A model generated the notes under the pieces. The model saw nothing but the letters and a program-made list of their open reading frames with translations. It did no database searches and had not been told where the DNA came from. A stretch of 64,000 bases of DNA, from positions 64,001 through 128,000 of the forward strand of contig JAQBYT010000005.1 in the NCBI GenBank assembly GCA_027622665.1, given 5' to 3'. The position numbers and the translations under genes are program-made. The stretch's first letter is position 1, and the number at the start of each line of letters is the position of its first letter. Positions 30,819 to 40,488 of the stretch are shown in pieces. The DNA comes from Verrucomicrobiota bacterium. Its GTDB lineage: Bacteria; Verrucomicrobiota; Verrucomicrobiia; Opitutales; Seribacteraceae.

Positions 30819-31802
30819 CTACGGGAATCGTCTTGGGCGAGGAGGAGGTCTGTGGCGATGGCCGTCGGAATGGGGAGGGCCACCTCTCAGTTTTAGTGGG
30901 GTTGCCTTGAAGTTTCGCGGTATTACCGGCCATCCTTCCGTTAGGAAATAGGCATAGGTTCCTTCGGGGTACTCTGCGGTAATGGTAAAGCGACCGTTGC
31001 ATTCGTCCAAATCTCCGGCTCCCTCGACGTATTCGTAATCCTTGGCAAAGGTTCCATCATACTTTCCGCCGGGATCCCGAGCAGATCGCGGGCGCATTCC
31101 TTTCTTAAACTTGTAGCTGCTTTTGAGTTTCTCGATCAATGACTTCGAGTCCTTCGGATCCTTGAACCCGTAAAGGGAATAAATAGGGTAACCATCCATT
31201 GCATAGCCAATCAAGGGGGAGTGCTCTTTGTCATTCACCTTAAGTGCCTCGAGCAAGCCTTTGGGCAAGCCATGGTAATGGTACGCTCCGTTCGGTTGCA
31301 CGTGTGCGTTATTGGCGTCCACGCCTAGTGGAACGGCTCCGCTTAGGGCCTCGTAATTCCAATCGGAGCGGCGATCCCCATTGTAGAACTCGGCCGTACC
31401 CGGATCGAAGAGCACTCCGTTTATCGCAATGCCAAATGGCGTGTTCGGAGGACCGAATCCAGTGTCATTGTGAAGTGGCGTAATGTTGCGACTCGCTTGC
31501 TGATTGGCCCGGACGACGAAATCATATGCCTGCTCGCTGATCGTGTGTGGGTTCCCTCGGTTGGGAAATCGCCCGACCTTGTGCCTAGGGATACCATTGG
31601 CCTCGACCTTTATTTCCTTATGTCCTTTTTCAAAAGTGCTCTTGCTTTCAAACCGAGGGGGTTTCCTTGCAGGAACCGGATGCCATTCCTTCTTTTGCGT
31701 TATGGTGTGCTTCCGCATGGGGGGTCTCCCTCGACCTGGTTGTTGGGCGGAAAGCGAGCAGGAAACCTGAAGTGTCGTAATAACAATCCACAAGGGTTTC
31801 AA
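30819..31802 (-). CDS. YHYH domain protein, secreted
   Basis: NGIP.H, GIAINGV, NNAHVQPNGAYHYHG, IGYAMDGYPIY, GDLDECNGR. Confidence 0.9.
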   Translation of the reverse strand: MKPLWIVITTLQVSCSLSAQQPGRGRPPMRKHTITQKKEWHPVPARKPPRFESKSTFEKGHKEIKVEANGIPRHKVGRFPNRGNPHTISEQAYDFVVRANQQASRNITPLHNDTGFGPPNTPFGIAINGVLFDPGTAEFYNGDRRSDWNYEALSGAVPLGVDANNAHVQPNGAYHYHGLPKGLLEALKVNDKEHSPLIGYAMDGYPIYSLYGFKDPKDSKSLIEKLKSSYKFKKGMRPRSARDPGGKYDGTFAKDYEYVEGAGDLDECNGRFTITAEYPEGTYAYFLTEGWPVIPRNFKATPLKLRGGPPHSDGHRHRPPPRPRRFP

Positions 31803-32498
31803 AGATCGAATGGTTTGCCGTATGATGATTGTTTCTCTTTTAGGGTTATTATGGCTCTTTGCAAAGTATCAAACGAGGTCGCTAAGACAAAGTTGCATTC
31901 GATTTCCGTTTCTTGATGGCAAAAGCGACTCCATTGGCTGCAAAGCCTCAAACAAGGAGGGTTACGATAAATGGAATGCTGCCCACAACCCCTGTTCGGC
32001 TAATTGAAAAATACAAACCTGTTGGTAACAATCACTATGACAATTGGAATACCAAGAATTGTTGGTGGAAGCCGTGAAAACGGCATCATGTCCACTATGT
32101 ACACGGAAACCATTATTCACTCCAATTGCTTGTCAATTCCAAGCCATGAAAGAACCAGTGCAGAAAGACTGACAAGAAAACCGTAAAAAGATTAGACAGA
32201 TATATTCACTGAACATTTCTTTCTTCCGACTAGGGTTGCGCCTCGGTCGCCTTTTCCTCAGGGCTTTTTGAGCGAGCGAGCATGACCCACATATGCCAAA
32301 GGGAATCAACAGTCGAGGCGACCTTACCGATCAACCCGGTCATGTGACGGATGTCAGGCCGATGTATTGGCTTGGCCTCGAGATTGAAAATAATTTTTGG
32401 AATTAGTTTCATTTCTCGTTTTTTTGCCTTGGTCGAAGAAATTAATAATAGTATTTAATTAACTCCTACTTCGGTCTGCAGATTTTCATTTACTAGAA

Positions 32499-35252
32499 GT
32501 GCATATCCATAATTTTTTCTTTTTCACTCTGATTTTCTCTTTCTCCTTTCAACTGTTTCACGCAGTTGATTTTCAGAAGGAAATCTTACCACTTTTTGAG
32601 GAGAACTGCATAGATTGCCACGGGCCTGACAAGCCCAAGGCTCGTCTTCGGATTGACCAGCGCCCCGTTCTTCTACGGGGAGGCGATAGCGGGTTGCCCG
32701 CTCTTGTGCCCGGGAGTCCTGAAAAGAGTCATCTTATCGAGTTGATCAAGCTGAAAGACCCGGACGAACGGATGCCCAAGAAAGGGGACCCTTTGAGTTC
32801 TAATGAAATTGCCTTGCTGGAGAAGTGGATTGCCGAGGGTGCCATCTGGCCGGGGCAGATGGATGCTAAATTCGAGCTCAAAACGGATCATTGGTCTTTC
32901 CAGCCCGTCAAGCGGTCCGTTGTGCCTCAAGGCGCCAAACATCCGGTGGATGCGTTTCTCATTGATCGATTGGCGAAGGAAGGCCTCAAGCCGAATCCAC
33001 CAGCGGACGGTCTTTCCCTGATTCGACGAACCTCCATCGTGCTTACGGGACTTCCTCCCGAGCCTGCTCGCGTGGGAAAATTCCTTGCCGACTATGCCAA
33101 GCGCAATGATCGCGCCTTTTTCGAACTGGTCGACGAGTTGCTCGATTCTCCCCATTTCGGCGAACGGTGGGCTCAGCATTGGCTGGACGTCATACGATGG
33201 GCGGAGACGAATGGTTCGGAATCCAACCTCTACCGGAAGCTTACTTGGGTTTATCGTGATTACGTGATTCGCGCCTTCAACGAAGACCTGCCCTATGATC
33301 GCTTTGTTCGTGAACAGCTTGCGGGTGATGGTCTGGGGACGGGAGAAGCCTTGGGCTTTCTGGTGGCGGGTCCGCACGTGCCGGCCGCCACGGTCGGGCA
33401 GGAACCCTCGGCCATTCGACAGGCTCGCGCCGACCGCATGGATGAGGTCATGCAGACAGTTGGAGCTTCCCTGATCGGAGTATCCATCGGTTGTGCTCGT
33501 TGCCACAATCACAAGTTCGACCCGGTTTCGATTCAGGACTATTATTCGATGACGGCGGTTTTCCAGGATATCGAGTTCGGGAGCAGGTTTCCTGAGTTCG
33601 CGAGGGATCATCCTCGGAAGGAAAAATCTCGCGAGGTATGGAAGGATATTTCGCGAAACCGTTATAAGATTCGAGCACAGAGATCGACTTGGGAGGAAGA
33701 CTGGGGAGCCTACAAGGAGCTCCACTGGAAACCGATCATGGCCAAGGCCCTTCGCGTGTCCTTTAAGTCCGGTTACATTGGTCTCGACGAACTGGAAGTT
33801 TTTGGCAAGCCAAGTGAGGACCTCAACTTGGCTCGCAGCTCCCGGGGTACGAAGGTCCGAACGGATCCGAGGTTTTCCCAACAAGGCAATCGCTTTCCAG
33901 TTGCACGTGTGATTGACGGAAAATACGGGACGCAACGTTGGCGGGCTAGCTACAACAAACAGGCAAAGAAACAGCCTTGGCTTGAAGTTACTTTCGCGAA
34001 CCCCGTACAAGTCGGTCGCCTTCGCATCAGCACCAACCGCGAATACTATTACGAGACCGACTACCTCGAGCAAAAGAACAAGTTCAACTTTCAAGATTAC
34101 GTAGTGGAGGCCCAGCTACCCGACGGGTCCTGGCAGGAGATTGCGTCGACTGTAAAGATAAAGAAGGCGGTGCAGCAAAACAAAGACTTGTCGGATGCCG
34201 TTCTGGAAATTTCCCATCTTACTTACGAGCTTGCCGAGAATGGCCCTCGTCCCAGTTTCGTCGGTAGTTTCATCAAGCCGGTGGTCACGCATGTTTTCCA
34301 TCGAGGCAGCCCTGAGAACCCCCGTGACGTCGTGCTGCCGGGAGCACCTAAGATTCTGGCCGGCGTGCTAGGCGTTGGCAATGACGCCAGTGGCCTCGCC
34401 CGTCGGTCGCGTTTTGCCGACTGGGTCACCGACACATCCAATCCGCTCACGGCTCGCGTTATGGCCAACCGTATATGGCAACATGTCTTCGGTGCGGGAT
34501 TGGTGGTTACGGGAGGGGATTTTGGACGAGCGGGTTCCCCCCCTAGTCATCCTGAGTTGCTGGACTGGATCGCGGCCGAGTTCACAAAGCCCGGGCGATC
34601 CGGAGGTACTGCCTGGTCCATGAAGGAATTCATACGCCTGCTCGTTACCTCCGATGCTTTCCGTAGATCTAGCCAACCAACGGAGCAGGGGATGAAAAAG
34701 GATGCCACCTCTTCCCTGCTTTGGCGCTTTCCTCCCCGACGCGTAGAAGCCGAGGTCATTCGCGACGGCATACTCTTGGCTTCAGGCAAGCTTGGGCGGA
34801 AGCTGGGCGGACGTAGCTATCGCATACACAACGTTAAGAAAACCTACGCCCAGTGGGAGGTGGTCAATAATCATGGTCCGGAAACCTGGCGTCGGATGAT
34901 CTATCAGGAACGCATGAGGCGCGTGGACGATCGCATCTTTACGGCCTTTGATTTTCCCGATTGCGGTCAGGTGCGGGCCAAGCGACCCATTTCTACTACG
35001 CCATTGCAGGCTCTTAATTTGATGAACAGCGACTTTGTCGTCAATCAGGTCGTCTTGCTTGCGGAAAGAGCCGAGAGAGAAGCCGGCCAGGAAGGTTCTG
35101 CTGGTGCGGTTCGCCGATGCTTCGAGCTCCTGCTCTCACGACAACCGACTGCGGTCGAGCTGAAGGATTGCTTGCAAGTGGCTGAAGATAGAGGCCTGCC
35201 CATCGTTTGCCGGGCCCTAGTCAATTCAAACGAATTCGCTTTTCTTCCCTGA
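32499..35252 (+). CDS. Planctomycete cytochrome c / DUF1549 / DUF1553 (PSD1) protein with internal F5/8-type insert
   Basis: CIDCH, HWSFQP, GERWAQHWLD..R.AE, CARCHNHKFDP, PSHPELLD, TPLQAL, EFAFLP. Confidence 0.9.
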   Translation: MHIHNFFFFTLIFSFSFQLFHAVDFQKEILPLFEENCIDCHGPDKPKARLRIDQRPVLLRGGDSGLPALVPGSPEKSHLIELIKLKDPDERMPKKGDPLSSNEIALLEKWIAEGAIWPGQMDAKFELKTDHWSFQPVKRSVVPQGAKHPVDAFLIDRLAKEGLKPNPPADGLSLIRRTSIVLTGLPPEPARVGKFLADYAKRNDRAFFELVDELLDSPHFGERWAQHWLDVIRWAETNGSESNLYRKLTWVYRDYVIRAFNEDLPYDRFVREQLAGDGLGTGEALGFLVAGPHVPAATVGQEPSAIRQARADRMDEVMQTVGASLIGVSIGCARCHNHKFDPVSIQDYYSMTAVFQDIEFGSRFPEFARDHPRKEKSREVWKDISRNRYKIRAQRSTWEEDWGAYKELHWKPIMAKALRVSFKSGYIGLDELEVFGKPSEDLNLARSSRGTKVRTDPRFSQQGNRFPVARVIDGKYGTQRWRASYNKQAKKQPWLEVTFANPVQVGRLRISTNREYYYETDYLEQKNKFNFQDYVVEAQLPDGSWQEIASTVKIKKAVQQNKDLSDAVLEISHLTYELAENGPRPSFVGSFIKPVVTHVFHRGSPENPRDVVLPGAPKILAGVLGVGNDASGLARRSRFADWVTDTSNPLTARVMANRIWQHVFGAGLVVTGGDFGRAGSPPSHPELLDWIAAEFTKPGRSGGTAWSMKEFIRLLVTSDAFRRSSQPTEQGMKKDATSSLLWRFPPRRVEAEVIRDGILLASGKLGRKLGGRSYRIHNVKKTYAQWEVVNNHGPETWRRMIYQERMRRVDDRIFTAFDFPDCGQVRAKRPISTTPLQALNLMNSDFVVNQVVLLAERAEREAGQEGSAGAVRRCFELLLSRQPTAVELKDCLQVAEDRGLPIVCRALVNSNEFAFLP

Positions 35253-35260
35253 TCCAAGTC

Positions 35261-36766
35261 ATGAATTCTGCCGATCATCTTTCATCCATCGGGCACGGCC
35301 TGCTCAACCGTCGCAACTTCCTCCGCAACACCGGTGCCGCCTTGGGTGGTCTAGGTCTCGCCGGGTTGCTTGCTCAAGACGGTCTCTTGGCTTCCGACGA
35401 CCCTACCAACTTCAGCGGCAAGACCCCTATTCGGCCAAACATCGATCCTGACAACCCGTACGCCCCCCGGCCACCTCATTACAAAGCCCCGGCTAAGCAG
35501 GTCCTTGTGATCTATTGTCCCGGGGCGGTCAGTCACGTCGATACCTTCGACTATAAGCCCGGGCTGACCAAGTATCATGGCCAGAAGCCTCCCGGCCTAC
35601 CTGCCGTCACTTTCGAAGGTCCTTCCGGCAACATCGCGAAGCCTTTTTGGGACTTCAAGCCTCGTGGGCAAAGTGGAAAAATGACTTCGGAGTTATTGCC
35701 TCGTCTCGGCGACTTGGCCGATGATTTCTGTTTTCTCCATGGCCTTCACACCCAGACTAGCGCCCACCCGCAAGGGGAGAATTTCTTCAACACCGGATTT
35801 ACGATGGAGGGCTTCCCCTCCTTCGGTGCTTGGGTCACCTATGCTCTCGGCTCGGAGAATGCGGAACTACCCGCCTTTGTCGCGATCAATGATCCGCGCG
35901 GCCCAGCCCGCTCGGGCAAGAACAATTTCGGTAATGGGTTTTTACCGGCTGCCTTTCAGGGTACCGACTTCAACGCAAAGAATCCGCCCGCGAACTTGGC
36001 CCGTCCGGTGTCTTACGCACCGGACGACGATCGCTCCACGGTAGACCTGCTGAAGCGTCTCAACGACAGGCACCTCAAAACATACCCTGGCGACGCCAAC
36101 TTGGCTGCTCGTATTGCAAGCTACGAGTTAGCCGGTCGTATGCAGACCTCGGTGCCCGAGGTGATGGAAGTTTCCGGGGAACCTCATTCCATTCAACGCG
36201 AATACGGCACAGGAGATGGGAGTAACTTGAAACGCGAATATGCCAAGAACTGTATCTTGGCTCGCCGACTTATTGAGAAAGGGGTTCGGGTGGTTCAGCT
36301 TTTCAACGGAAGCGATCCCTCCGGTGGCAACGGCATCACAAACTGGGATTCGCATTCCAATATACTCAAGACCCATGCTATGCAGGCGGAAATCATGGAC
36401 CAACCAACCGCCGCACTCATTCATGATTTGAAGCGCCGTGGATTGCTCAACCACACCCTGATCGTTTGGTGCACCGAGTTCGGTCGTATGCCTTTTCTTC
36501 AAGGCAATGGCACCGGACGCGATCACAATCCGGATGCCTTCACCTGTTTCCTCGCCGGCGCTGGAGTGAAGAAGGCTTTCACTCACGGCGAGAGCGACGA
36601 GTTCGGTTTCAAGGCGGTGACTGGTCGCACCTCCATTTACGATTTCAATGCCACTGTCTTGCATCTCATGGGCTTGGACCACGAACGCCTGACCTATTAC
36701 CATAATGGTCTTGAGCGCCGCCTGACCAATGTCCACGGGCATGTCGTGCCTGAAGTTTTGTCTTGA
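35261..36766 (+). CDS. DUF1501 protein (Tat-exported)
   Basis: NRRNFL twin-arginine, SHVDTFDYKP, ARRLIEKGVR, WDSH, EFGRMP, GRDH. Confidence 0.9.
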   Translation: MNSADHLSSIGHGLLNRRNFLRNTGAALGGLGLAGLLAQDGLLASDDPTNFSGKTPIRPNIDPDNPYAPRPPHYKAPAKQVLVIYCPGAVSHVDTFDYKPGLTKYHGQKPPGLPAVTFEGPSGNIAKPFWDFKPRGQSGKMTSELLPRLGDLADDFCFLHGLHTQTSAHPQGENFFNTGFTMEGFPSFGAWVTYALGSENAELPAFVAINDPRGPARSGKNNFGNGFLPAAFQGTDFNAKNPPANLARPVSYAPDDDRSTVDLLKRLNDRHLKTYPGDANLAARIASYELAGRMQTSVPEVMEVSGEPHSIQREYGTGDGSNLKREYAKNCILARRLIEKGVRVVQLFNGSDPSGGNGITNWDSHSNILKTHAMQAEIMDQPTAALIHDLKRRGLLNHTLIVWCTEFGRMPFLQGNGTGRDHNPDAFTCFLAGAGVKKAFTHGESDEFGFKAVTGRTSIYDFNATVLHLMGLDHERLTYYHNGLERRLTNVHGHVVPEVLS

Positions 36767-36875
36767 GGGGAACTCTCGCCTTCCCCACTTTGCCGGAGGC
36801 AAGAGGGAATAGCTTTTTGCTTCATTCAAAGCTTGGGGTGATAGGTTCTCCTCTACGAATTTCCCCTTTTGTGAT

Positions 36876-39047
36876 TTATCGTAAAGGTGAGAAGTCCAAG
36901 GCCTTGAGGTAGAGCCTTTCGGGGGGGCGAGCCAGTAATTTACCATTCACTTGTGATTCTCGGGCAACCTTTTTCCACTCGGGGTCCCGACCGAAGGCCT
37001 CCCAGTTGAGGTCGGCCTGCTTGCGGTCGGCGTGGTGGACGAGGCAGACTAGGGTGTTGTTGCTGTCCGGTCGGTCGAAGGGTGTCGAGTAACTGACGTT
37101 GTGGATGCCATGCCTGTTGAACAGGCTGGTTGTGTGCTTGCGGAAACGGGCGTTGAGCGCGGGTAGCTTTCCCGGGTTCACCACATAGGTGCGCAACTCG
37201 AAGGTTCCCCCCGGTTTGGCGATCTCATTTTTTGTGGGTGCGGAATAATCGTTTGGCGTTAGGAAGATGCTGGTCGGTTTTTCCGAAAGCAGTCCTTGGA
37301 ATTCGGGCTTGTCCATGACCCTCTCCCATTCCTTGTCGTTGAAGAAATTTGTCCAGTTGCGGTAGGCCTCGTATCGTGAGGGATGCTTAAGCAGGTATAC
37401 GAACTTCCGCCTTTTTTTGACCGACCCATCTGTCGGAATCCAATAGCCTAGGGCGTTCAATCCGTGTTTTTTAAAGATCCGGTCGGTGTGCTCGCGGAAG
37501 CGCTTTACAAGGTGCTGAAACCTACCTTCGCTTGCCTGATAGATTCGCAATTCGTATAGTGGACCCTCGAGAAGTCGGTCAGCGGGCTTTGCTAGGGCGA
37601 CCGAGGGCTGAGCGTCTCGTCCCTTTCTCAAGCCCAATCCGACCTCTTCCGGGGCGTAAAAAACCCAGGCCATGTCGTCCGAAATCTTCCTGCTCGAGTC
37701 ATGCCCTCCGATGAAGATCCCTTTGTCCTCGAAGGGCGAAGGGCAAAAGGCCCGCGGTGAAACCAAGGTTGTCTTGCCGTTCGCGTAGGCATTGTTTACC
37801 TCCAACACTTTGTAGCTCAGGTCGGGGTAGCGGATGGCATACAGGGCCCCTGCATAGAGGGCGCTTCCTTTCCATTTCAAATGGTGCTTCCCCTTGATGT
37901 TCCCCTGAAACCCGATGAGGTGTACGGTTTTTCCGGAAGCAGGATCGGTGAATGGATACGCCATGTTGTGAGCCCCCAAGGTATAGGAAACCTCGACTCC
38001 GAGTTTCTTCCTCATGAGTTCCATGATCATGGCCTCGTCGTGAACCGAGTACCCCCCTTTGCCATCCGGATCAAGACGCTTGACCTGACTTTTCGATCGA
38101 TCGCCCGGGGCCCAGAGAAATAAGAGCGATTGCCCTTTGCCTCTTGGGTTGTCAATGGCGGTCAGGCCACGGATGCCCCCGACGTCTGTATCCGTATCCT
38201 CGTTCAGGTCGATGACCTTTTCGTAGGTAGGCCGGGTTCCGTCCATTCTCCGGAATATTGCTCCTCCCTCGGAAAACAAAAGGGAGCCGTTGGCCTGGAC
38301 GATTCCGAGTGGCCGAGTGTGGAGGAAGCCGCCCTCGGGAAAGGGGAATTCCAAGTGAGGGTTCCACCTAACCTTTCCCGGGAGGGAAGGGTCGTAAACC
38401 CCGGACGCGATGCCTGGGTTTCCGAGTGACAAGAACAGGTGCTCGATCCCGGTTCTCTTGTCCAAGTAAACCTCCATGTCCCTCGGTACCCAGCGGATTC
38501 CGCCTGTATTCGCCCCGTGCCTGACCAAGGTGTGAACCCAAGCCCCCTTCTCGTCATCCCTAGTCCAGGAGGAGACGGCTCCGCCTCGCTCGAAGTTAGC
38601 GCCTGCCGCCATCACTAGCAAGTTTTGAGGCTGGGGTAGGGGGTTGCCCGTTGCATCGCGGGTGAAGGTGACGGACTTGAGGATGTTCCCTTTCATATAG
38701 GCCAACCCGCGGTCATTGGACTTGCCCATATCCAAGTCGACCTGCCATTCCGCATCGAGCGAATCGAGACGAAGCACCTGGGCCGATTGTTTTTGACCGT
38801 CGGGAGGGATCATCCAATGGGCATCCACCCAGTATCCGTTGGATGCGTAGAGTTTTCCCTTGTGAGACACAAGATGCATGATCTCGGAACCGCCTGCGTA
38901 GGCTCCCTTCTCATCGAGATATCCTGCATCGTAGCTCTGTCTCCAGCGGACTTGCGAATCAGGTTCGGTCTCTTTTGCTTGAATCGATACGAGGAGCGTG
39001 AAGAGAACGGACACCCGGGTGGGGTAGGGCATGCGGAAGGAATTCAA
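36876..39047 (-). CDS. Secreted protein: ~480-aa unknown N-terminal domain plus two NIPSNAP domains
   Basis: YELRIY...RFREHT..IF.KHG and FELRTY...LNARFRKHT. Confidence 0.82.
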   Translation of the reverse strand: MNSFRMPYPTRVSVLFTLLVSIQAKETEPDSQVRWRQSYDAGYLDEKGAYAGGSEIMHLVSHKGKLYASNGYWVDAHWMIPPDGQKQSAQVLRLDSLDAEWQVDLDMGKSNDRGLAYMKGNILKSVTFTRDATGNPLPQPQNLLVMAAGANFERGGAVSSWTRDDEKGAWVHTLVRHGANTGGIRWVPRDMEVYLDKRTGIEHLFLSLGNPGIASGVYDPSLPGKVRWNPHLEFPFPEGGFLHTRPLGIVQANGSLLFSEGGAIFRRMDGTRPTYEKVIDLNEDTDTDVGGIRGLTAIDNPRGKGQSLLFLWAPGDRSKSQVKRLDPDGKGGYSVHDEAMIMELMRKKLGVEVSYTLGAHNMAYPFTDPASGKTVHLIGFQGNIKGKHHLKWKGSALYAGALYAIRYPDLSYKVLEVNNAYANGKTTLVSPRAFCPSPFEDKGIFIGGHDSSRKISDDMAWVFYAPEEVGLGLRKGRDAQPSVALAKPADRLLEGPLYELRIYQASEGRFQHLVKRFREHTDRIFKKHGLNALGYWIPTDGSVKKRRKFVYLLKHPSRYEAYRNWTNFFNDKEWERVMDKPEFQGLLSEKPTSIFLTPNDYSAPTKNEIAKPGGTFELRTYVVNPGKLPALNARFRKHTTSLFNRHGIHNVSYSTPFDRPDSNNTLVCLVHHADRKQADLNWEAFGRDPEWKKVARESQVNGKLLARPPERLYLKALDFSPLR

Positions 39048-39060
39048 GGGAGGGGAGGGA

Positions 39061-39798
39061 CTAGTGAATGGCGGAATAGTCCGTGGGCTTCATGTAAGTA
39101 GCTGCAGGAGGTTTAGCCAAGCGGCCGACACCCGATTGCTTGGCAGCCTTTTTCCATTCGGGGTCGGCAATAAAGTCCTTCCATGATTTCTTGGCGGCCT
39201 CGCGGTTGTCATGCTTGATGATATAGATGAGCGTATCCTTTGAATCCGGTTCGTCCATTGGGTGCCAATAAGCTACCGACTTCATTCCGTGCTTCTCGAA
39301 AATCCTGATCGTATGGTCCCTAAACCGGGCATCGAGTTTCCCCAGTTTCCCCTTGGCCGCCTTGTAGATGCGCAGTTCGAAGACATCGTCCTTCTCAGTC
39401 TTTCCGTTTTTCCAGTCGGTGGAGTAATCGGTTTCATTCATGTATACGGAGTCTGGCCGTTTCGCTAGTATTTTTCCGTCCACCTGTGATTCCCGAGCCA
39501 CCTTTTTCCATGCAGGATCGCTACCAAATGCCTTCCATGATGCTTTGGCCGCATCCCTGCTCTCGTGCGTGATGACATAGATCAGAGTGTTCTTTGATTT
39601 TTCCCCGTCGGTGGGCACCCAGTATCCAACAGACTTGATTCCGTGTTTATTGAACAAGCCCAGGGTGTGGTCGCGAAAGCGGGCATTGAGGTTGTCCAGT
39701 TTGCCGGGGTTGGTGACATAAGTCCGGAGCTCGTGCACTGCTCCGAAGGAAAATTGTCCTAGAAGGCAGGTTACGAGCAAGGTGGTGAATCTTTTCAT
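39061..39798 (-). CDS. Secreted tandem NIPSNAP-domain protein
   Basis: HELRTY...LNARFRDHT, FELRIY..., PTDYS; signal peptide. Confidence 0.88.
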   Translation of the reverse strand: MKRFTTLLVTCLLGQFSFGAVHELRTYVTNPGKLDNLNARFRDHTLGLFNKHGIKSVGYWVPTDGEKSKNTLIYVITHESRDAAKASWKAFGSDPAWKKVARESQVDGKILAKRPDSVYMNETDYSTDWKNGKTEKDDVFELRIYKAAKGKLGKLDARFRDHTIRIFEKHGMKSVAYWHPMDEPDSKDTLIYIIKHDNREAAKKSWKDFIADPEWKKAAKQSGVGRLAKPPAATYMKPTDYSAIH

Positions 39799-39931
39799 GA
39801 CGGCGATTTATTATATTGTGATCGGATTAAGCGTGGGTGGGTCATTCATGCCCTAGGAAGAAAAGATTTCAACGATCAAAGCCAGTACTTAATGAAATAT
39901 TGAGCCAAGCTGGAGGGTCTACCTGAATATG

Positions 39932-40426
39932 TCAGAAGGGAATTCCAAAATGAAGACCAATCATGTAGTGATCTCCTTCCTTGGAATCGGCATAACCTAT
40001 TACCGGGCCTACCTCGTATTCGCCTACCTCAAATCCGTAGCTCGCCTCAAGGTGGGTGGCGTAGTGATTTTCCCAACCATCTTCCTCGTCTGCCCAGACG
40101 ATTCCTGGTGACAGGCTGAGTGCCAAGTGTTTCATTGGGAAAAAAGTCAAGGTGGCCATTAGGCTATGATGGGTGTGATCGGCGAAGATCGTCTCGAAAC
40201 CAAGCCCGACGCCAAGTCGCTCGAGGAATTCAGAACCGTCGAGACGCTTCAGCAGGTGGAGATGAACCGAGGGTGCCGATTCCTTTTCTGCTTTTAGCCT
40301 TACGTGGGAGAGGGAGAGCCCAAGCTCCCTTTTGTGATGGTGTTGATCCTCTTTTTCTGCCTTTACGAAAAAAGGGAGCGAAGCGAGCATGATCGAAATG
40401 AGGCAAAGAATAGAAGACGATTTCAT
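39932..40426 (-). CDS. Small His-rich outer-membrane beta-barrel-like hypothetical protein
   Basis: Signal peptide, QHHH, HTHH, alternating beta pattern, C-terminal HFGIPF. Confidence 0.6.
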   Translation of the reverse strand: MKSSSILCLISIMLASLPFFVKAEKEDQHHHKRELGLSLSHVRLKAEKESAPSVHLHLLKRLDGSEFLERLGVGLGFETIFADHTHHSLMATLTFFPMKHLALSLSPGIVWADEEDGWENHYATHLEASYGFEVGEYEVGPVIGYADSKEGDHYMIGLHFGIPF

Positions 40427-40488
40427 AATTTAAAAGAATCCAAATAAGCCTTAACGCAATTAGATTGCAATAAGAAATTGGCTTCAAA

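Noticed and set aside
32673..34094. Long antisense ORFs (also 3122-4009, 19764-20732, 24906-25739, 27888-28706, 36128-36946)
   Set aside because: Shadows of well-supported genes on the opposite strand with no recognisable motifs
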